DNA of 64,000 nucleotides from Candidatus Woesearchaeota archaeon (lineage in GTDB: Archaea; Nanobdellota; Nanobdellia; Pacearchaeales; GW2011-AR1), in contig CAYXNP010000003.1 of the NCBI GenBank assembly GCA_964466575.1, positions 21,543-85,542 on the forward strand, in the 5' to 3' direction. The stretch's first letter is position 1; every line of letters starts with the position of its first letter. The translations under genes and the position numbers were made by a program. This document shows, in pieces, positions 43,576 to 52,971 of the stretch. The notes beneath the pieces were generated by a model. It saw nothing but the letters and a program-made list of their open reading frames with translations. It had not been told where the DNA came from and searched no databases.

Positions 43576-46500
43576 ATGAAAAAGAGAGAAGTAGTTTTTA
43601 TATCAGTTATAATTCTATTTATTAGTTTATTAAGTGCTTCAACATTTGAAGATAAATCTCAAAGCAATTTTGATAATGGTTCATATTCTAAAACTTTCTA
43701 CAATTTTTCTATTGGAGCAATACAATTAAATAACTCTCAAGGATTTTTATCTGGAAATTTCACAAGCAGAATTTTTGACGCTGGAAGCGTGGCTTCATGG
43801 AATTTGATTTTTTGGATTCGGGGTGGAAAATATAGATATGAACTTCCAAATAATAATCAAATAGAAGATTCTTTTGGCGGTGCAGATATGAACGGAAATG
43901 TTCTTTTATTTCACCTTAATGAATCAGGCGGGACAATATTTGATTATTCTGGAAAAGGAAATAATGGGACTATAACAGGGGTTATAACTTATAATGCTGC
44001 AGGAAAATTTGGAAAAGGAGTTGATGCAGGAGGGTCTACTGGAAGAATTGCTATTCCAACAACAGGAATTCCTAGCATGGCTTTTAACGATTCAATAACA
44101 ATTGAGTCATGGATAAAATGGGATGGAGAATCAGGAGAAAACTTTAATTTGCAGAATGTTGTAACTGCAGGAAGTTATAGAAAAGCACTTAGAATAACAG
44201 AGCCAGACCATTGGAACGGCGGAAGCCAATTACTTTCTTATTTTACTATTGGAGGAATTGATATTGACCTTTATTCAAGCACAAAAATATCTACAATTAA
44301 TTGGACTCATATAACTACTACCTATAATGGAACTGCATTATCTATTTATATAAATGGAAAATTAGAGACTTTTAACTCAACAATCTCTGGACAAATTGTT
44401 TCTAATGACGATAGCGTTTATATAGGAGCTGAATCTGGGTCAGTTAGTAATTTTGACGGAATCATAGACGAGGTTGCAATTTATAACAGGTCTTTGTCTG
44501 CAGAGGAAATACTAAAAAGATATGAACGAGGGGTTTTACAGCTAAATTTAAGTGTAAGAAGTTGCGATGATGCAGATTGTGTTGGAGAAAGTTTTACAAT
44601 ATTAAATGATACTTCTCCTCAATCACTTAATTTGTCTAATAATACTTATTTTCAATATTTTGTTAGTTTTTCTTCTGAGAATGAAAGCACAAGCCCACAA
44701 TTTTTTAATTTAACTATTGACTATACAATATCAAATGTCGCTCCGTCAGTAACTATATTATCTCCCCCTAATGGAACATTTTTTAATTTTAATACTTCTA
44801 TTCCTTTAAATTTTACTGCGAGCGATTCAGATAATAATTTACATTCTTGCTGGTATACTTTAAACAGTGGAGCAAATAATTTCACTATAAGTAGTTGCAA
44901 TAATTTTACATTTAATTCAAGTGCTGGATTAAAAACAATTTATGTTTATGCAAATGATACTTCTGGAGAGATTTCTAATGACAGCATTAGTTTTACAATA
45001 GACATAACTTATCCTGAAATAAATATTTTATATCCTCAAAATACAAATTATTCTTTAAATGTTGATTCACTGAATTACTCAGTTAGCGACTCATATTTAC
45101 AATCATGCTGGTATTCATTAGATAGCGGAGAAACAAACATAACAACAAATTGTGGAAGCAATATTACTGGATTGTCAAGCAATCAAGGAATTAATATTTG
45201 GAAAGTTTATTCAAATGATTCTGCTGGCAATATAAATTCAAGTAGTGTTACTTTTTTTATTGACTCAATTATTCCATTAATCTCTTATGGTACTGGAACA
45301 GAAGAAAATGGAACAACATTTTCAAGAAGTTATATTTATGTTAATATAAGTGTCACAGAAATAAATGAAGCAAATGTTACTTTTAATTTATATAATTCAA
45401 CTTCTTTAATTAATTCTACTACATTCATTTCATCTCAAAGAACAATTAACTGGACAAATTTAGCAAATGGAATTTATAAATATAATGTTACTATTTATGA
45501 TATTGTTGGTAATAAAAACTCTACAGAAACAAGATTCATAACTTTAGATACAATACCTCCAAATTTAAGCTTAGTAAGTCCTTCACAAGGAAATTATTCT
45601 AATGCAACTCTATTAGTTAATATTTCATCTGATAGTTCTTCAATATGGTTTTTTAATGGAAGCGAAAATATTACTTATTCTTCTTCTGCATATTATGTTT
45701 TTTCTCAAGGTTTTACAATATTAATTGCTTATTCAAATGACTCTGCCGGCAATATAAATTCTACAAATATTTCATTTAATATTGATAGTTTAGCGCCTTC
45801 TTTAGTTATTACAAAACCAATTGATGGTTCAACATTTGGAACAAATTTAAGTTTATCTTTGAATTTTAGTGTCTTCGACAATAACTTACAAAGTTGTTGG
45901 TATAATCTTGATAATGGAATAAATGCAACATTACAGAATTGTCAAAACACTATATTTAATATCTCAAGTGGCTTCCATGTTGTTTATCTTTTTGCTAATG
46001 ATAGTTTTGGAAATCTTGCAACTAATAATAGCTCTTTCAATATTCAAATAGGTGCTCCTTCTATTTCATTAATTTCGCCGGTAGGAGATTATCTTAATAT
46101 CACTCAAAACATAGAACTTATTTATACTGCAAGTGATTCAGATTTAGATAGTTGTGAACTTTGGGGGGATTTCAATGGCACTTTTGAGTTAAATCAAATT
46201 AATTCAAATGTGGTTTCTGGTATTGATAATTATTTTTTCTTAAATATAACAGATGGAATTTATCTTTGGAATATAAAATGTAATGATTCTTTTGGAAATA
46301 ATGCCTTTGCAGAAAATGAAACTTTTTATATTGACACAATAAATCCTTTGTTAACTTTAAGTCAGCCAACAGGAAGTTATTCTTCAAGAAATAATATTCC
46401 AATAGTGTTTAATGCAAGTGATGCAAGTCCTTTGATTTGTTATTACAAAGTTTACAGAGGAATTAATTTAGAAATCCAAACAACTTCAGTTAGTTGTTTG

Positions 46501-47505
46501 AGTGGAAGTTCTGATTTTGACGTTACTCTTGATGCTGATTTTGTTCTGTCTTTCTTTGCTGAAGATCCTTTAGGACATATTAATTATACAAGTTCAAGTT
46601 TTACAGTTTCAACTTCAACTGGAGGAGGATCTTCAGGAGGTGGTGGCGGAGGTGGTGGCGGAGGTGGTTCAACTACAATTATTAAACCTGGAAATGCGAC
46701 GACTATTATTGATTTAAGTGTAGAAAAGATTTCAGATATTGTTGCAGACGCTGGAGATATTAAGAAAGTTACATGGGGTGTTGAAAATATTGGAACTGCT
46801 TTTTTGAATGATTGTAAATTTTTAGCAGGTGGTTTGCAAAAATCATGGATAGATAATGGTGGGCAAAAAGACTTATCTGCAGGAGAGCAATATGATTTTG
46901 TTTTTGATATTAATATTCCAGACGATGCAGAGTCAGGTTCATATAACATTATTTTATCGTTGGTTTGCAAAGAGGTTACAAAAACAACTTCTTTCAAGAT
47001 AGATATTTTAAATAAAGAATTAGGTTTAAAATTGGTTAAAGTTGAAAGAAGTGATAAAGATAAAGTTAGAGTAGTTTATTCTGTCGAAGAACTTTCTGGT
47101 TTAGATCAAAATTTAGAATTTCAATTTATTATTTTTGATTCTAATAATGAGAGGGTTGCTGAAATATCTGAATCCAAAACGATTTCAGCTAATGGGAAAG
47201 AAGAATATGAAACATTAATTCCTATTGACGCGTTATTGAGTGGTGAGCTGAGTCTTTTGGTTAATTTGAACTCTGACACATATTCAACTTTTGTTCAAGA
47301 GAATATTGTTTTGGGAAAATTTAAAACAACTGGATTAACTATTTTTGATAATTTTGGCGGAACTAATACTATTATTAGCATGGTGATAGGTGTTTTATTT
47401 TTAGCATTTGCTGTTGTAATGGTAATTAGGATTTTGAAGTTAAGAAAGAAAGTTATGCCACGGAGAAGAGAGGGATTTGTCAAAAAATTTTTTAAGACTA
47501 GTTGA
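43576..47505 (+). CDS. giant (1309 aa) surface adhesin-like protein: LamG/ConA-like domain, multiple Ig-like repeats, poly-Gly linker, C-terminal TM anchor
   Basis: Sec signal; the LamG signature ..FDGIIDEVAIYNRSLSAEEIL; repeated ~90-aa units containing SCWY(T/S/N)L(N/D)(S/N)G; GGGSSGGGGGGGGGGGS; a C-terminal TM helix plus basic tail. Confidence 0.75.
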   Translation: MKKREVVFISVIILFISLLSASTFEDKSQSNFDNGSYSKTFYNFSIGAIQLNNSQGFLSGNFTSRIFDAGSVASWNLIFWIRGGKYRYELPNNNQIEDSFGGADMNGNVLLFHLNESGGTIFDYSGKGNNGTITGVITYNAAGKFGKGVDAGGSTGRIAIPTTGIPSMAFNDSITIESWIKWDGESGENFNLQNVVTAGSYRKALRITEPDHWNGGSQLLSYFTIGGIDIDLYSSTKISTINWTHITTTYNGTALSIYINGKLETFNSTISGQIVSNDDSVYIGAESGSVSNFDGIIDEVAIYNRSLSAEEILKRYERGVLQLNLSVRSCDDADCVGESFTILNDTSPQSLNLSNNTYFQYFVSFSSENESTSPQFFNLTIDYTISNVAPSVTILSPPNGTFFNFNTSIPLNFTASDSDNNLHSCWYTLNSGANNFTISSCNNFTFNSSAGLKTIYVYANDTSGEISNDSISFTIDITYPEINILYPQNTNYSLNVDSLNYSVSDSYLQSCWYSLDSGETNITTNCGSNITGLSSNQGINIWKVYSNDSAGNINSSSVTFFIDSIIPLISYGTGTEENGTTFSRSYIYVNISVTEINEANVTFNLYNSTSLINSTTFISSQRTINWTNLANGIYKYNVTIYDIVGNKNSTETRFITLDTIPPNLSLVSPSQGNYSNATLLVNISSDSSSIWFFNGSENITYSSSAYYVFSQGFTILIAYSNDSAGNINSTNISFNIDSLAPSLVITKPIDGSTFGTNLSLSLNFSVFDNNLQSCWYNLDNGINATLQNCQNTIFNISSGFHVVYLFANDSFGNLATNNSSFNIQIGAPSISLISPVGDYLNITQNIELIYTASDSDLDSCELWGDFNGTFELNQINSNVVSGIDNYFFLNITDGIYLWNIKCNDSFGNNAFAENETFYIDTINPLLTLSQPTGSYSSRNNIPIVFNASDASPLICYYKVYRGINLEIQTTSVSCLSGSSDFDVTLDADFVLSFFAEDPLGHINYTSSSFTVSTSTGGGSSGGGGGGGGGGGSTTIIKPGNATTIIDLSVEKISDIVADAGDIKKVTWGVENIGTAFLNDCKFLAGGLQKSWIDNGGQKDLSAGEQYDFVFDINIPDDAESGSYNIILSLVCKEVTKTTSFKIDILNKELGLKLVKVERSDKDKVRVVYSVEELSGLDQNLEFQFIIFDSNNERVAEISESKTISANGKEEYETLIPIDALLSGELSLLVNLNSDTYSTFVQENIVLGKFKTTGLTIFDNFGGTNTIISMVIGVLFLAFAVVMVIRILKLRKKVMPRRREGFVKKFFKTS

Positions 47506-47510
47506 ATTAA

Positions 47511-47776
47511 GAGCGTGTCTAAAAAATAGTTTTTTCTAATGACTTATTCCGACGCAATTTCATAGTCCAAATTCGCGCCCACGTTTTGTTATTAATAAGA
47601 ATTTACATCAAAACGTAAACGCTCACCTCCCACTCCCCTACTCGCAACTTCGCCCACCATTTCCACACTTACATCCTTATCACGAAATTGCTCACCACCC
47701 GCCCGAGTAGTTAGTGAATTAATGAAATTGCGCGTCGGTAAATAATCTTATATTTAATGAATTATTAGACATGCTC
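47511..47776. mobile_element. family C MITE (TIR GAGCGTGTCTAA../..TTAGACATGCTC) with nested family B (47572-47624) and A-like (47641-47695) modules
   Basis: The outer TIR and inner TIR (CCGACGCAATTTC / GAAATTGCGCGTCGG) were read directly. A shorter relative lies at 50215-50368. Confidence 0.75.
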
Positions 47777-47842
47777 TTGAATTAATGATATTTATTAAGT
47801 TGATTCTTAAATTATTCTGATTCTTAAATTACAAATGAAAAA

Positions 47843-48298
47843 TTAAAAACCTAATTCTTTTAGTATAATTTCTAGATCGTTTGGTGTTTCTTTTTGATGG
47901 TCTTCTAAAAAATTTGCACTTAATTCTAAAATTTCTGCCAATTCTTTATATTCTCTTCTTTGTTCTTCAGTTAGTGAAGGAGGTTTTATGTTTGGATCGT
48001 AAATTCGTGTTTTTTCTAAAATTTCTGTAAATTTCTTATATTTTGTTTTTAGTTCTTCAGCGAGTTCAGTTTCATCTAAAGTTCTATCATAACTCCTTGA
48101 AGTTTTTCTAAATGTTTTAATTGCTTTTTCAAATGATGCTTCACCTTTGTCCTTTCCAATTGAATATCCTCTGATAAAATCATAATTTCCCCCAAATTTA
48201 AAGGATAAATAATGTGTTCCAGTTAAGAAAGATCCAACAAGGGCTATTAAAAAAATATCGGATGTAAATTTTTTAATTCTGGGAAGATTGTAATTCAT
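47843..48298 (-). CDS. hypothetical membrane-anchored protein
   Basis: One N-terminal hydrophobic helix followed by a charged helical remainder. Confidence 0.45.
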   Translation of the reverse strand: MNYNLPRIKKFTSDIFLIALVGSFLTGTHYLSFKFGGNYDFIRGYSIGKDKGEASFEKAIKTFRKTSRSYDRTLDETELAEELKTKYKKFTEILEKTRIYDPNIKPPSLTEEQRREYKELAEILELSANFLEDHQKETPNDLEIILKELGF

Positions 48299-48370
48299 AA
48301 AAAGTTCTTTAATTGTGACTATATAAAGTTTGTTGCAGAATATTTAAATAATCTTGTAGTGAGTAATTAT

Positions 48371-50158
48371 ATGGCATTTATTGTTAAGAAAAAAATTTCA
48401 GGAAAAGATTATTATTATCTTCGGGAAAGCAAGCGAGAAGGCAAGAAAGTGAAATCTATTTTTTTAGCTTATTTAGGCAAGGATAAGAAAGAGGCTGAGA
48501 AGAAAATGAAAGAGATTTTGGAGAAACGAGAATCAGGCCTTAAAGTGCCCGAAACTCGCGACCCCACTCCTTCCCAAATATTTGAGACCCGTCCAAACGT
48601 GAAATCGCTCGCCCACCCATCTGAATCCCTAAAACATATCGAAGCGGTTGATCAGAAACAATCAAAACCGACAAGAGAAAATATTACAATAGAAGAGCTT
48701 TCAAATTTTTGTAAAAGGAAAGGTTTTGTATTCCGGAGTTCAGATATTTATGGAGGGTATTCTGGGTTTTGGGATTTTGGGCCATTGGGAGTTGAATTGT
48801 TTAATAATATTAAGAATGATTGGTGGAATTTTTTTATTCGGCGACGTGAAGATGTTGTTGGAATTGAAGCTTCGATAATTTCTCATCCAAGAACTTGGAA
48901 AGCGTCTGGGCATATTGAAAATTTTAATGATGTTTTTGTTAAATGCAAGAAATGTGGGAAGACAAATAAGTTAGATGAGAATGAACTTGGAAAGGTTAAG
49001 TGTGATTCGTGCGGCGGCGAATATGAGGGCAAGGGTAAATTTAATTTGATGTTTAAGACAAATGTTGGACCGTCAGGAGTTGGCGAGCAAGATGATTCTG
49101 TTGCGTATCTTAGAGGGGAAACTGCCCAAGGAATGTTCATGGATTTTAAACTTGTTCAACAAACTTCTCGAATGCAATTACCATTTGGAATAGCTCAAAT
49201 TGGAAGATGTTTTAGAAATGAAATTTCTCCGCGAGACTTTTTATTTAGAAGCAGAGAATTTCATATTGGTGAGTTTGAATTTTTTATCCATCCAGATGAA
49301 AAGAAATGCGAGTTGTTAGATAAGAAACATTTAGATGTTAAATTTAGATTTCTTAGCGAGGAGTCTCAAAAATCAGATTCAGCGTCGGAGCTTAAGGAAG
49401 TTACAATTAAAGAAATATTTGATAAAAAAAAGTTAGATGGGTGGCATGCTTATTGGCTGGCAGAGCAGATTATTTGGTTTAAGAAACTTGGGCTTGATGA
49501 GATTAAAATTCGGGAGCATACAAAGGAAGAGTTAAGTCATTATAGTTCAGCTACGTTTGATATTGATTATGAATATCCTTTTGGAAGCAAGGAAGTTGCT
49601 GGAATTGCTAATCGCGGCCAATTTGATTTGATTCAACACCAAAAAGAAAGCAAGGAAAGTTTTGAAATTTTCGACGAGAAAACAAAAAATAAAGTTGTTC
49701 CAAGAGTTATTGAGCCGACTTTTGGAATGGAAAGAGTTTTTCTTGCTTTGTTGACTAAAGCATATACTTTTGATTCTGAACGAGATAATGTTGTTTTGAA
49801 ATTGCCTCCAAGATTGGCGCCAATTAAAGCAGCAGTTTTTCCAATTGTAAAAAAGCCAGAGTTTGAAAAGATTTCAGAAGAAATTGTAAAAGATTTGAAA
49901 AAATATTTTAATGTTGTTTATGATAGAAGCGGAAGTATTGGTAGAAGATATTCGCGGAATGATGAAATTGGAACACCTTATTGTATAACTATCGACGAGA
50001 AATCTGAGACATTAAAATATGTTACAATTAGAAATCGTGATGACACAAAACAGATTAGGGTTAAGATTAAAAATTTGTCAGAGATTTTAAAAAAATTAAT
50101 TAATGACGAAATTGAATTTGAGAAAGCAGGCAAGATAGTGAAGACAAGAGTTAAGTGA
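48371..50158 (+). CDS. glyS: glycyl-tRNA synthetase (archaeal/eukaryotic dimeric type) with a ~105-aa N-terminal extension that includes a repeat insertion
   Basis: RKGFVFRSSDIYGGYSGFWDFGPLGVEL, RGETAQGMF, FRNEISPR and EPTFGMERV, plus an anticodon-binding C-terminus. ATG at 48371 (the ORF track starts at GTG 48359). Confidence 0.9.
   Translation: MAFIVKKKISGKDYYYLRESKREGKKVKSIFLAYLGKDKKEAEKKMKEILEKRESGLKVPETRDPTPSQIFETRPNVKSLAHPSESLKHIEAVDQKQSKPTRENITIEELSNFCKRKGFVFRSSDIYGGYSGFWDFGPLGVELFNNIKNDWWNFFIRRREDVVGIEASIISHPRTWKASGHIENFNDVFVKCKKCGKTNKLDENELGKVKCDSCGGEYEGKGKFNLMFKTNVGPSGVGEQDDSVAYLRGETAQGMFMDFKLVQQTSRMQLPFGIAQIGRCFRNEISPRDFLFRSREFHIGEFEFFIHPDEKKCELLDKKHLDVKFRFLSEESQKSDSASELKEVTIKEIFDKKKLDGWHAYWLAEQIIWFKKLGLDEIKIREHTKEELSHYSSATFDIDYEYPFGSKEVAGIANRGQFDLIQHQKESKESFEIFDEKTKNKVVPRVIEPTFGMERVFLALLTKAYTFDSERDNVVLKLPPRLAPIKAAVFPIVKKPEFEKISEEIVKDLKKYFNVVYDRSGSIGRRYSRNDEIGTPYCITIDEKSETLKYVTIRNRDDTKQIRVKIKNLSEILKKLINDEIEFEKAGKIVKTRVK
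48542..48634 (+). repeat. family A-long element lying in-frame inside the GlyRS N-terminal extension
   Basis: 93 nt with 6 mismatches versus 26925-27017. It encodes KVPETRDPTPSQIFETRPNVKSLAHP in both genes. Confidence 0.85.
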
Positions 50159-50214
50159 TTTACCTTCGATAAAATTATCTTTTTTGTTTTAATTTTATAA
50201 TTAAAAATTTTTCA

Positions 50215-50368
50215 GAGTGTGTCTAAAGAATAATCTTTTTATATATCTTTTTCCGACGTGATTTCGTACTCCCACCTACCATCCCCCAACCACCCACCCA
50301 GATAGTTATTGAATTAACGAAATCACGTCGGTGAATTAAATAATTCTTCTGAATTATTAGACACATTC
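50215..50368. mobile_element. family C MITE (154 bp), TIR GAGTGTGTCTAA../..TTAGACACATTC
   Basis: The inner hairpin CGACGTGATTTCG..CGAAATCACGTCG encloses a C-tract loop, CTCCCACCTACCATCCCCCAACCACCCACCC. Confidence 0.75.
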
Positions 50369-50432
50369 AATTTTTCAAAACATTTTTAAACTAAATTTAC
50401 TTGTTACTATTAACTAAATCAAAGAGGTAAAT

Positions 50433-50567
50433 ATGGCAAAAGCTAAAACACCAAAACAGCTTGCTATTAAGATAAGATCTCTTAAGAAGCAAATTGCTCG
50501 TGCTGAAAAACAGAAAAAGAGAGCATCGTCTTCTAAGAAGAAAGCAAGCAAGAAAAAGAGAAAATAA
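50433..50567 (+). CDS. small highly basic protein (44 aa)
   Basis: Hand-translated MAKAKTPKQLAIKIRSLKKQIARAEKQKKRASSSKKKASKKKRK, preceded by AAAGAGG. Confidence 0.3.
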   Translation: MAKAKTPKQLAIKIRSLKKQIARAEKQKKRASSSKKKASKKKRK

Positions 50568-50633
50568 ATTTAATTTTAATTTTAATTTTTATTTTATAGA
50601 AAGATTTTTTAAGTCTTATTGTTAAGACTTTTT

Positions 50634-50984
50634 ATGAGCGAGTATTGTATTTTTTGTAGGATTTCTAAAGGAGAGATTCATTCTAAGAAGATTTATGAAA
50701 ACGAAAACTTTTTTTCTATTCCAGACGCAAATCCAAAAGTTGAAGGACACTCGTTGGTTATTAGTAAGAAACATTTTGAAACTGTGTTGGATTTGCCTGT
50801 TAGTTTAGGAAGTGAGTTGTTAGATTGCATTAAGAAAACTTCTTTGGAGCTGATGAAAAAATTTGAAGCTAATGGTTTTAATGTAATGCAAAATAATTTT
50901 GAAATTGCTGGACAAGTTGTGAAGCATGTTCATTTTCATATTTTACCGAGAAAAAAGAATGATGGGTTTAAGTCGATTGTTTAG
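50634..50984 (+). CDS. HIT-family (histidine triad) protein
   Basis: CIFCRI.. N-terminus and the HVHFHILPR triad. The start is moved to ATG 50634. Confidence 0.85.
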   Translation: MSEYCIFCRISKGEIHSKKIYENENFFSIPDANPKVEGHSLVISKKHFETVLDLPVSLGSELLDCIKKTSLELMKKFEANGFNVMQNNFEIAGQVVKHVHFHILPRKKNDGFKSIV

Positions 50985-51354
50985 ATTTTTTGCTGATATA
51001 AAAATAAATCAATACTGCGAAAAATATTCCTATAGTGTCTGTCATGAAGTCTCTTATTGAACCGTCTCTTCCTGGAACAAAAATTTGGTGGAATTCGTCG
51101 AGGATTGCGTAAATGATTGAAATTATTAATGCAGAAATGTATGTTTTTGTTGTTAATTTTTTGATTCCCTTAATTGAAGCTAAAATGAAAAACGCGAAAA
51201 GAAAAAACACAACTAAATGATATATTCTTGCAATCCAAGGATTTCCTCCTCCTGTAGATGTTCCTGATAAAGAAGAGAAATGATAAATTTCAATTGCGAT
51301 TAAAATTGTTAATGTGATTGCAAACCACCTTTTTTTTTCAAGTAAGTTAAACAT
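50968..51354 (-). CDS. VanZ-like membrane protein
   Basis: Four TM helices and an ILDEFHQIFVPGRDGSIRDFMTDTIG motif. Confidence 0.65.
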   Translation of the reverse strand: MFNLLEKKRWFAITLTILIAIEIYHFSSLSGTSTGGGNPWIARIYHLVVFFLFAFFILASIKGIKKLTTKTYISALIISIIYAILDEFHQIFVPGRDGSIRDFMTDTIGIFFAVLIYFYISKKSKQST

Positions 51355-51438
51355 TATCTTTTTTATACTGGAAGGTTAATAAAAATTATTGTTGTGGGGA
51401 ATAAATTAGAAAATTATTTATTGGTGTATTTATAAGAA

Positions 51439-51963
51439 TTATCTGGTTGCACTCAATTCTAAAACAGGTTCTTTGGACATTTCTTCGAGCTTTGATTGTA
51501 TCCAACCCGCTCTTGAATTTAAATTATTTATTCTTTCTTTAATTTCTTCTGAAGAGGCTAAATGCAATGTTCTTCTTTGACTAACTTTATTCCAATATTC
51601 TTCAAGAACTTTTTTCCAGTATTCTTTAGTTTCAACAGGAGGATGGTTTTTTCCCATACTCCAATCCCAAGCATATCTCCAACTAGCTGAAGAAGTCATT
51701 CCGCTCTCATAGTGTAATCCTAAATTTCCTCTTCCTACTTCAAAAACAGTACATAAATTACATTCAAAATAACCCCTAGAATTTTCTGGTCTGGTACGTA
51801 AATCAAAATATAATTTTCTTTCTTTCAAATCATTTCCTTCTGAGTCTTTAGGAAATGTTAATAATATTTGGTCTGTTACTCCACCTCTATAATTAAGTTC
51901 AAGAGTTCCGTCCTCTAAAAATCTTCCACCTTCCGGCGATCGTTCTTTTTCAGAATCGTTCAT
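51439..51963 (-). CDS. hypothetical protein
   Basis: Long ORF. The start is set at the internal ATG 51963 because the upstream part of the ORF runs into repeat H (52033-52103). Confidence 0.45.
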   Translation of the reverse strand: MNDSEKERSPEGGRFLEDGTLELNYRGGVTDQILLTFPKDSEGNDLKERKLYFDLRTRPENSRGYFECNLCTVFEVGRGNLGLHYESGMTSSASWRYAWDWSMGKNHPPVETKEYWKKVLEEYWNKVSQRRTLHLASSEEIKERINNLNSRAGWIQSKLEEMSKEPVLELSATR

Positions 51964-52032
51964 TAAGTTTGCATAAGTATAGAGTATATAAAGATTTATT
52001 TTGTTAATTATATTGTTTTCGCGAGGTAGAAT

Positions 52033-52103
52033 TTGCTTCGCTCCGAAGTCACTCAGAGATTGATGGTTCACAAATCCTGCTTGCGCTTGGATTTGTTCGC
52101 TGG
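52033..52103. repeat. family H repeat (GCTCCGAAGTCACTC..ATTGATGGTTCACAAATCCTGCTTGCGCTTGGATTTGTTCG)
   Basis: Aligns with 62951-63011. Confidence 0.6.
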
Positions 52104-52180
52104 AAAGGAAGATAGTTAAGAGATAATTTTAATAAGTTGAAATGAGATGTGGGGTGGGAGGTTTTGTTACAGAGTAAAAA

Positions 52181-52189
52181 CTTTTAAAC
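52181..52189 (+). promoter_or_regulatory. putative TATA box for tRNA-Met
   Basis: CTTTTAAAC is centred about 25 nt upstream of the tRNA 5' end. Confidence 0.35.
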
Positions 52190-52209
52190 CTCTTACTTTT
52201 CTTAATTTT

Positions 52210-52281
52210 GGCTGCATAGCTCAGCGTTAGAGTATCTGTCTCATGAGCAGAGGGTCCCGGGTTAAACTCCCGGTGTAGCCA
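52210..52281 (+). tRNA. tRNA with CAT anticodon (elongator Met or Ile2)
   Basis: Acceptor GGCTGCA/TGTAGCC, anticodon arm TCTGT-CTCATGA-GCAGA, T-arm CCGGG-TTAAACT-CCCGG. Confidence 0.8.
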
Positions 52282-52971
52282 TTAATTACTCTTTGATTGA
52301 ATGAAATTTTGATATTTCTTTTCGTGTTTAGGGTTTACAAATCCAATTTTTTCATGAAAAAGAATTAAATTGTCTATACCATTAAATTGAAATCTATATT
52401 TATCTTGAACATTCCATCTTAATTCTTGTTTTATTCTTTTACATTTATACACATGTCCTTGTAATCCTTCCTCTGATAGAAAATTATATATTTGTTCAAT
52501 TAATTTCTTATGAATAACATGAGCTTCTAATCTTGGATAGAGTTTATTAGGATTTCTTGTTAAAACTAATGAACCATCTGTTGCAAAAAAGCCTTGAATT
52601 ATGAATTTCAATAAATTATCTTTATAAAATTTTTCTGGAATAATTAAGTCTTTTCCTTTCTTTCCTATGGGAAATCCAAAAGAATTTATTTTATTAAATA
52701 AGATTTTATCACAAAAGTTTAATTCAATTGTTCCCTTTTTTGGTCTTTGTTTAATGTTAATATTTTTTCCTCTTAAGGATATTGTTAAAGGTAATACTAT
52801 TTCTTTAAAGAATTCTTGATCATCATAATAATTACAAGTTATTGATATGGCATATCCTATGCTTCCATATTTACTTTTGTAATGAGATAGACACCCATCA
52901 CCCAGCATTATTCCATAAAATAGAGCAAATTTCTCATCGTCGTTAAGTTTTGTTAAGAGATTATTTTCCAC
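52282..52971 (-). CDS. free-standing double-motif LAGLIDADG homing endonuclease
   Basis: Two LAGLIDADG motifs: FALFYGIMLGDGCL and IIQGFFATDGSLV. Its stop codon abuts the 3' end of the tRNA. Confidence 0.8.
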   Translation of the reverse strand: MENNLLTKLNDDEKFALFYGIMLGDGCLSHYKSKYGSIGYAISITCNYYDDQEFFKEIVLPLTISLRGKNINIKQRPKKGTIELNFCDKILFNKINSFGFPIGKKGKDLIIPEKFYKDNLLKFIIQGFFATDGSLVLTRNPNKLYPRLEAHVIHKKLIEQIYNFLSEEGLQGHVYKCKRIKQELRWNVQDKYRFQFNGIDNLILFHEKIGFVNPKHEKKYQNFIQSKSN

